A stretch of DNA of 58,584 bases from Azolla caroliniana. Lineage: Eukaryota; Plantae; Polypodiophyta. The notes under the pieces are model-generated. The model was not told the origin of the DNA, did not search any database, and was given only the letters and a program-made list of their open reading frames with translations. The stretch is taken from the NCBI GenBank assembly GCA_043228905.1, contig JBHGNT010000183.1, positions 1-58,584 on the forward strand. The letters are read 5' to 3'. The translations under genes were made by a program, and so were the position numbers. Every line of letters begins with the position of its first letter. Position 1 is the first letter of the stretch. This document shows positions 50,211-58,584 of the stretch, piece by piece.

Positions 50211-50972
50211 CTTAAAAACACTGAGAACATTATAAATAATCATTTACATATTCTTTGATACTGATTTGTGGATAGATTTTGTGGCTTGTTTAGGGTTACC
50301 CAGTAAGCGAAAGATGAGATAAGGGGATCAGGCTACACCAGCCTACGAACTTTCCCAAGATGGTCATAAGCAAGGACATTGAACAAATAGTTTGAAATGA
50401 TCAAGCGGTGAACAAAACAACACCATAAACATTGTGAGAGAGCCTTCAAAAATGATGCATATATGGCATTGTCCTAACTTCATGATGGTGCATACATGGT
50501 TCTTATCCTCATGTGGCTCATTTACGGGTAAGTATCCAGTGAACATGAGATCAGGGGTTGATTCCATCTTAATAACTTTCCCAGGATGGTTGTAACAAAG
50601 CACATCAAACAAGAAGTTGGTAATGATCGTGTAGTAAGAGCCATCATATGTGAAGTACAAAAAAGCCCCATAAATATTGTGGCAGTCTTTTGGTGCCATT
50701 ATCCTATCTTTAACACTTCAAGAGTTGTGTAAGACACAGATTATATCATTGATGAAGTGTATTATATTCTGAGAAGAAACCATCTGAAGTTATTTGCAAT
50801 GACCTGGCACATTCTTGCATTCAGAAACAAAATTTCAAGCTGATGTGATATTTAACCACCATGAGCTATTTGCTCAGGCAGTAAATAAGAAAATGGATCA
50901 AAGAAAGCCAGTGACAATCATGAATTCCTTCTGTCTGATTCTTGGCGTGCATATCATGTTGACACAAGCATG

Positions 50973-53900
50973 TTAATGTCCACTTGCTGATCTAAAATAA
51001 GCCGAACCTTCAGTGGAATAAGTTTCAATCACTGTATCATTCAGATTTTGTATCTGACTTAAGACATGTACCACGTCAGTCATTGATGGTCTCATTTTTG
51101 GGTCTCGGCTCACACACTTATAAGCCAGGTGTCCAGCTCTTTGTGCACCTTTGATTGAGTAATGGCCATCAAGTCGAGGATCAATAATACTTAACATTTT
51201 TCTTCGATCGCTTACATAAGGTCTTGCCCATTCAGCCAAATGGTGCTGCCCATTGGGTCTTGTTTTATCCATAGATCTTTTTCCTGTAAACAACTCAAGT
51301 AGAACCACACCAAAGCTATATACGTCGCTTTTTGAGCTTAAATGGCCTACATCAAGGGGGAAATCAAACAAAACAATTGTAAAACTGGATGAAATTGCTC
51401 ATTGGAAATTTCATCATGATACTTTTGAGGGAAATAAGCATAATGAAGGAATCAAACTCTTACCTGTCATTACATACTCTGGGGCTGCATATCCATAAGT
51501 TCCCATAACACGAGTAGATACATGGCTCTTATCACCATGTGGCCCATCTCTTGCAAGGCCAAAGTCGGAAAGTTTGGCTTCATAATCCTGTATTGAACTT
51601 GTTAACACAAAGCATCACATATATACAAATAACTCTACATACGAGTGCATACCGCATCAAGAAGAATATTCGAAGTCTTCAAATCCCGATATATGACGGG
51701 CTTCTTTCCACTGTGAAGAAACTCCACACCCTTAGCCGCCCCCAAAGCAACTTTCATTCGGGTATTCCAAGGGAGTGGCGAGGCTCCTTCTGTATCAATA
51801 ACCATTTTATGATACCCATATAAAGACTTCATGAATGTTAATAGTACTAGAACAAGTTTAAGAAGGAAAGAAAAAACAATTACTTCGAAAAAGATGATTT
51901 TCAAGGCTTCCCCGCTGCATGAACTCGTAGACAAGAAGGCGGTGATCATCTTCAATGCAAAAACCAATAAGCTTGACAAGATTTGGGTGATGGAGCTGGC
52001 CAAGAAAAGTGACCTCTGACTGCCACGCAATTAAAGTGAAGGACATATTAATAAGTAACCATCAAAATTTGGTGTTAAAGATAAACTACTTGGCCACTGA
52101 ACAGTTACATAGAGTCATTGAGTTGAAAATATAGATTGCTGGGCAGTTTGTCAAAATCCCACTCTAGTCTACCATAATTCCCAAAATACGAACTTCTGCG
52201 AATGCCATAAAAGAATGCCTTGGCACCATATTCTTGTTTTATTTTGTCTGTGTGGCACTTTTCTTCTTTTACTTATCTAATTAATTTAACTTCCACATGT
52301 TTGAATCTTAACATTGCATTTAATTACAATGATTAGTTGTTAATTTAAACCTAACAAGGATTATTTTATCTATCAAAATCGATCAATCAATGGTGACTAA
52401 TTTAGAGCACTCACCACCCATTCTTTGTGACCTTGCAATCCATGGTGGTTTAGAGTTTTCACTGCAACTGTAAGGCCAGTGCCAGGTCTAACTGGAGCGG
52501 TTCCATGCTCATCGATCCATCCTTTGAACACGCGACCAAACCCTCCTTCTCCTAAGATACTATCGGGCCGGAAATTCCTTGTGGCTAACTTGAGATCTGT
52601 GAAGCAAAACCTTCGTAAGTGTGAAGATGCAACAAGTTCGTCCTCCACTTTAGAAATAACCGAAGCAGCCGAAGAAGACTCTGTGGTATCAGACTTTCCA
52701 GAGCTGTCAGATTCGATGGATTGTTCAGTCTGCCTGTTTTGTGAGGAAGATGCTGTTGTGGAAACAATATTGTGAGAGCTCACATTTCCTGGCCAAAAAT
52801 AAGTAAAAATAAACAAACGCTGCTTTTAATAGAATTTCCATGATTTGATTATAAAAAAGATAGTATCAAGATATGCCTAAAAAAGGACCAATAAGCCTAA
52901 TTTAGGTTGATTTAGATGTTCTTTTCTGTCAGGGGATTCCAAATTAAGAAGAGCATGGTTTAGCTGCGCTTTTTTTAACACAAGCTTTCTCAATTAAACT
53001 TCTCTGGTATCTCAATTATGCTACATAGGAAGCCTATAGTTTATATACAATATTATATCATTAAAACAAGTTTGGCTTTCATTCCACAGCACAAGTTTCT
53101 CAATTAGAATATAACAAAAGGCAATCAAATCTAGACTCGCAAAAAGAAATAGTCAAATAGAACAGAACATAATTGCTACATACTTCACAAAAAAACCCTA
53201 AACCCCAAAATGTCATATCTACAGAGAAACCCTAACTAACAGCACTTCAGAATAACTATGGCGCTATCACTACTCCGATTACAATTCATGTACGAGAAAT
53301 TTGTCACCACTAAAAATGCTTTGTATCAGTTAATAAAACCTACTATAGCTACTATATTACAGTACAACAAAACCATAACCTGAAAAGCCACCTTCAACTG
53401 TATATTTAGCCCCTGGTAAAATACTTGTATAGCTGAACAGCCCATAAAAACCCTAGATTCTCATTTATAGTACACAATAAATCTACGAAACCCTAGGTTC
53501 TCAATTTAATAGCTCTAGTTAAAATTGCTAAAACTTCATAGTACACAATAAACCTACGAAACCCTAGGTTCTTAATTAATAGTTTACAGTCCATGAAAAC
53601 CCTACAAAGACGACGTCAGCTACACAGTTCCCCAAAGCTTAAGGTTCTCAGCAAAGCTACAGTCGCGATAAAGCTAAAGCGCCATAACTACAAAATTCAA
53701 GGAAAACCTAGCTTCTCTTATTAAGCATATATATTACAGTTCACGAAAAAGCTAGAAAACGCCATTGGTACACAGCTCACGAAAGCCTTAGCCCTCAATT
53801 AAGGTAAAGTCGATATTAACTACACAGTCAGAAAAACCCTTAGGTTTCCTGTTACGCTAAATATGCCAATCATGAAAACGGCTTGTACTACACCCCCACA

Positions 53901-54258
53901 CAGTTTCCCCAAAATCACTAAATTCTCACAGACGCAAACGCAAACGCAATCCACCAAAAAACCCTAGCCACCACTAGTACACCGCATAAATTTTTGGATT
54001 CTTTATTGATTTACACGTACCTACACTCGATCCACCTGTTTTGGAGCTCTTAATGTTTATGCTCTCTGACGAGAGCTTTGATTTGCGGTTTCTAGACCAG
54101 AAGCTACCACAGTCGGGAATAAGAAAGGACCATATATTTATACATCCTTCGCTTTCCTTCTGATGCCCTTCATCACCATCAAGATGAGGATGGATGTTTT
54201 CCTGTTGCGTTAAATGTTTTCCTGATGCATCTTCCCACGATTGAGCCTGTGCCCCCAT
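50973..54258 (-). CDS. Receptor-like cytoplasmic kinase VII (PBL34/PBL35/PIX7-like), 6 exons, 460 aa: join(54021-54258, 52415-52788, 51884-52019, 51653-51789, 51464-51587, 50973-51346)
   Basis: All introns are GT-AG and in phase (total 1383 nt). Motifs [48 protein letters not shown]; clade signature ATRNFRPDS...[19 protein letters not shown]. Confidence 0.93.
53191..53966. repeat. Degenerate tandem repeat with seven AAACCCTA (telo-box) copies in kinase intron 1
   Basis: Exact AAACCCTA at about 53193, 53227, 53448, 53488, 53559, 53597 and 53959; ~70-bp duplication at 53468 and 53539. Confidence 0.75.
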
Positions 54259-54640
54259 TGAAGCTTCTTCAAGCACAATCAAGCAGAAGCAACCATAGCC
54301 AGAGAAGAAGAAGAAGAAGATCTAACGCGTTACAGAGGACTGGAGAGCCTTACTGAGAGATTAGATTCGTTTTCCTGTGATTATGGATTTTCCCTGTGAG
54401 ATTAAGACTTTCTTCTGCGAGATTAGTGAGCTTCCTCTGCGACACCAAGGGGCCGTTTTAATGAGATGGGGAGAGCTTTTTCATGGGGGATCAAAATGGC
54501 TTCTTCAGCTTTACAGATAGAAGATGTGAAGAAGATTGAATGAAGAAGAAGAAGCAGAAGAGATGGATAGAAGGAAAGAGAGACAGAAAGAAAAAAGCAA
54601 TCATTAAAGGATGAGCTATAGACCTTAAGATGATCTGATC

Positions 54641-54870
54641 TACATACATACATACATATATACATATATACATATATACATATATACATACATACATACA
54701 TACAAACATACATACATACATATGTACATATGTCATAGTCTATAGATACATCATACATACATATAGACCTTAAGATGATGATGGGCGATGGAGAGAAGGA
54801 GGATGACGACGGCTATGATGGTGATGATGGCGATGGCGATGATTGAGTCTTTATAGACAATATTCTACAC

Positions 54871-54901
<31 letters not shown>

Positions 54902-54926
54902 TGCATACATATACATACATACATAC
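54641..54926. repeat. (TACA)n/(TATG)n microsatellites upstream of the kinase ATG
   Basis: Tracts at 54641-54762 and 54872-54926. Confidence 0.9.
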
Positions 54927-55167
54927 TCCTCTTCTTCTATCCTTATTAGGGTTAGTTTGGCCAACAATACAAGAGAATAAACTATGAATACATATATAGA
55001 TAGACACACATATAGATATAGATAGATGGGATGGACACCTCCTTTTACTCGACCCCTTTGTGCATGCCTACCCACCTCTCTTATGTTCATCTGATGCCCG
55101 AAGAATAGTGTTCAACTTAGGAGCATATGTATGCATTTCCATACCAACTTCATATGCTCGAGCCGTA

Positions 55168-55170
<3 letters not shown>

Positions 55171-55228
<58 letters not shown>
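55171..55228. repeat. (GT)29 microsatellite
   Basis: Perfect dinucleotide run. Confidence 0.97.
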
Positions 55229-55231
<3 letters not shown>

Positions 55232-58182
55232 TGGATGCAATGCAATTTTCCTCTTGAGGGATTTCGTGGACTTTGGCTCGGGATGGTGTTTGGGAATATT
55301 ATATATATTTAAAGTTTCCCTCAACCCCACGGAAATAAATGATAGCGATGACGGTGGCCCTCATGATGCCATTCCGCATTGAAACTATACCCCCCCAGCC
55401 TTGCTTTCGAAGAGAAATGGCCGACTCAATGGTCGCGTGCATTGAGTGTGGCTAGATGGCACCCATGCATTGACGCATCAACTACTTTGAAATGGAAAAT
55501 AATATAAGTGTGCCATATCGATAAGGCGAGAGGGATGTTGATGTATATGAACGTGGTACCCAAGAATGTGACATATGAACCTAATAAAGCATGAAGTGAC
55601 AATACAAAAGGTTTGTCTTTCACACTACACTACTTTGTTAGTATTTTCGTTATATACGTTGATTGATCATTGAATACGTTAGGTTTTCAATAGTTATAAA
55701 TCTTGCTCTTGATGGGATCTTTTCGATAAGTTTTGATACATTGTCTTGACTCTCTCCAATAATGAATTAACACCATAATTTCCATTTATTTGTCAAATTC
55801 CAGATCAAACAACACTCAAGTACCAATAATTGGTTGAAACACTTTCATATCATAGGTTTGATTCAAGCAATTGTGATATGGTCACTTGCGGCTCACAAAA
55901 CATTGATGACGAGAGTGTTTCATGACATTTTTACAAGCATATATGTGATCTTGTTATGGATAATTGGTTTTTCAAATAGTTTCCAATTATAATTGCTTGG
56001 AAGGAATCGATCAATGAGGCCATCCATATTTTTTTCATTGAACTATGGCATCATGTTAATACGTGCACCTTGCACACACATTACATTTGCACAACCTAAA
56101 ATCAAACAAATTCCTTTATGTTTCCCCGTAATCATGATGTGCATGGATTGCTTTCATTTATGGGATCCTCAAACAACTCTTATTTACAATGGTGGGGTTT
56201 TCAAAAACATGAAAACTACCAAACAAATGCATTGAATCTTTGTCATAGGCCTCGATATCTTTGCACAATACATCAAAGTATTCTACAATCACGAGTAGAT
56301 GTAGAATTATGTTATTGTCAGTATCTGTTTTTTACACGACGTGGGCTTTTAGGAATGTTGGATTACCCTTTCAACATTATTACCTTTGGTATTTATTTTT
56401 CTTTCCTTTTTTACATGGGCCTACGTCATTGTTGTTAGGATTTGGTATGACATGGGCAAGGGTTTGGATTTGACGCAAATACTACATACATATTTAGATA
56501 AATGTTAAGGTGCTTAAATGGTTATCAAGCATAAGAAACCTTTATTCATTCACGATTTGTGAAAGTAAGCGGAAATATCGGTTTATGCTAGACTATCACA
56601 GTTTAATGTTTAGTTCACCATCATTGGAAAATGTTTCATGGTTATCCATGTACATAAAACTTTATATTCTTTGTAAATGTGAATGATGGTTTTCATGTTA
56701 TTCTCATAGAGATGGACACTCATTTCCCAAGCAAAAATGAGATTAGGGATCCTTACAAAGTTTGGATTCTCCCTTCGATTTAACATCTATAAAGCACATA
56801 GAACATTATAATCAAATAGCATAAAAAATGAGACAAAATAGACATACTCCATGCATATTGATGAGATGGATATACTTGAAATGATGTGTTATCGTCATGT
56901 GCAACTATAAAGAAAATATACCATCATGCTTGATTTCCAATACGTGTAGGGAAATGAGTGGCAATGAAAAACTCCGGCAAAGTGCTCGATGTGTTTCTTG
57001 TACCAAATAACATACACCTTTTGGTGATATGCAAGGCCACGCCCCAAAGTTTTAATCCATGAAGAAGCGCATACGTTCGAAGACACTTAAACCTGTGATG
57101 GGACGATCAACATATTTTGTTGGAAGATGTTGAATGATATCAAGGAAAGAATATTGGGCACATGTTTAACAACACAAATGAGTGGCCCACTTTTTTAATT
57201 GACAAAGCTTGATATAAATATAAGGAAAACATATGCCAAAGACATATACAAAATGCCTTGTTGATTTCAACTAATGTCTTCTTATGTGTGATCATAGATG
57301 TTGAAAATTTGGCACGATTTCTAAGGAGGATCATTTGTGATAACCCTCTTCGTTTTCATAATTGTGAAAATCACCTTAACTTTAAAAATGGTTTGGTTGG
57401 CATGCACTAAAATGCCCAAAATACCAATGCCCAAAAATGGGAAGATCAAAACACCAACTTGAGCACTAGCATCTAAACACCAAGTTTTAGAGCATCACTC
57501 TTGCATTTGAAGGAGTTTTTTGAAACTTTTGCTTTATAGAGTTTTTCCTTGCTGAATTTCCATTTCAAAACAATATTTCTTGAAGGCTGACTATAAAAGA
57601 GTAGTCTTTTTTTCTCCTTCCATTAGTTATAAAATTTTACAAATAAGAGTGTTATATACAAATCCCTATAGGGACGTGATAGTTCCATCTTATGTGGATG
57701 CCCACTGACTCAAGAAAGGGAGAGGACAACCATTGTTGGATGAAGGCTAGCTGTTATCTTTCAACTCTATTGGAGCCGACCTTAAAGCCATTGTATTGGC
57801 TCTTTAGAGTGGCTACAATTTCGCTCCATATCTCTTGCATTAACATTACTGGATGCGTTGTCTTGTTGGAGAAGACCCGTTTACATCGTTATTTCCATGG
57901 AATCCAAAGAGTTATTGGGCTAACCAATTCCAACACAACTTGAGATTTGGCATTAATAGGAGTTGAGTGGATATTGTCGATGGTGGAAAAAAAAACTATT
58001 GTGCTTTTATCACCAAAGTCATGCCCTCCTCCTGATGTTTGTACCTATCAACTAGGGCCTGCCATGATAACCAACATACATTTCCCCACTTGATTGTGCC
58101 TTGCACCTTGCATAATTGCAATAGGCGGTCAGCCCCCCGCCATATTCGATGGGTCTCTGGGCAGTTCCGCAGAGTGTGTCAG

Positions 58183-58584
58183 TGTCACAAGCACACCAAC
58201 GCTAGACTACGACAAAGCACAAATGACAAGGCTATGACTGATAAGGTTACGAACGTGGAACTCGACGTGATGAAGCGAGAAACTCGAGAACGATGAGATG
58301 AGGAACTTAAGACGCTAGGAACAATACAAGAGCATAAAGACAGAGCTGTAAATCAAGGAGAGAAGATGGGGCTAAACAAGAATATTAGATTAATGTGTCA
58401 ATGACTGGTGTTGAATCCCTTGAAAGAGACCAAGGAAGTTACAAGTATTTATAATGTGAGTTGAAGTACATGCATTACAATATTCTTGAGAATATTTTAG
58501 AGAATATTCTAGAACGTTCTAAAAACTCCTAGAACGTGAATATATAATGTATGAAAATATACATAACATGAATATGTACTTGGA
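58183..58584 (-). repeat. Chromovirus-type LTR related to 10712-11177, cut by the window end
   Basis: Minus strand ends ...TGTGACA at 58183 and has TATAAATACT (58444-58453) followed by CCTTG...CAAGG...AACACCAGT, as in the 10712 LTR; TAGAA-rich U3. Confidence 0.6.

Noticed and set aside
54423-55382. ORFs such as CVCVCV, THTHTH and YVCMYV
   Set aside because: Translations of microsatellites.
55400-58180. Possible decayed DNA-transposon (hAT-like) coding remnant
   Set aside because: Has a coding-like texture but no convincing motif, TIR or TSD by eye.

Overview
Plant nuclear DNA. It is probably from a large-genome non-seed plant such as a fern (inference from the Tcn1-type chromovirus and the microsatellite style). 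About 80% of the window (1-23132, 26410-46552, 58183-end) is a nested, partly deleted stack of LTR retrotransposons. These comprise several Ty1/copia families (labelled A-E here) and pieces of two Ty3/gypsy families. Boundaries were resolved from LTR ends, PBS/PPT motifs and target-site duplications. A full-length young copia A element (28468-33761, TSD ACATG) sits inside a full-length copia B element (26410-37427, TSD AATAC), there is a solo LTR with TSD CGTAG, and a copia A copy at the window start has an uninterrupted ORF. Two host genes are intact: an intronless carboxylesterase (CXE, 24613-25611) and a six-exon RLCK-VII/PBL kinase (54258-50973, minus strand). The most unusual observations are: tRNA-derived A/B-box sequences inside the LTRs of both gypsy families (possible Cassandra-like capture of Pol III promoters, using tRNA instead of 5S rRNA); a capsid-swapped mosaic copia family; a copia family with a duplicated PPT and a reading-frame extension past RNase H; the same CHG-context nonsense mutation in three independent copies; and a telo-box cluster in the kinase's first intron. 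All comparisons were made by eye; no database searches were run.
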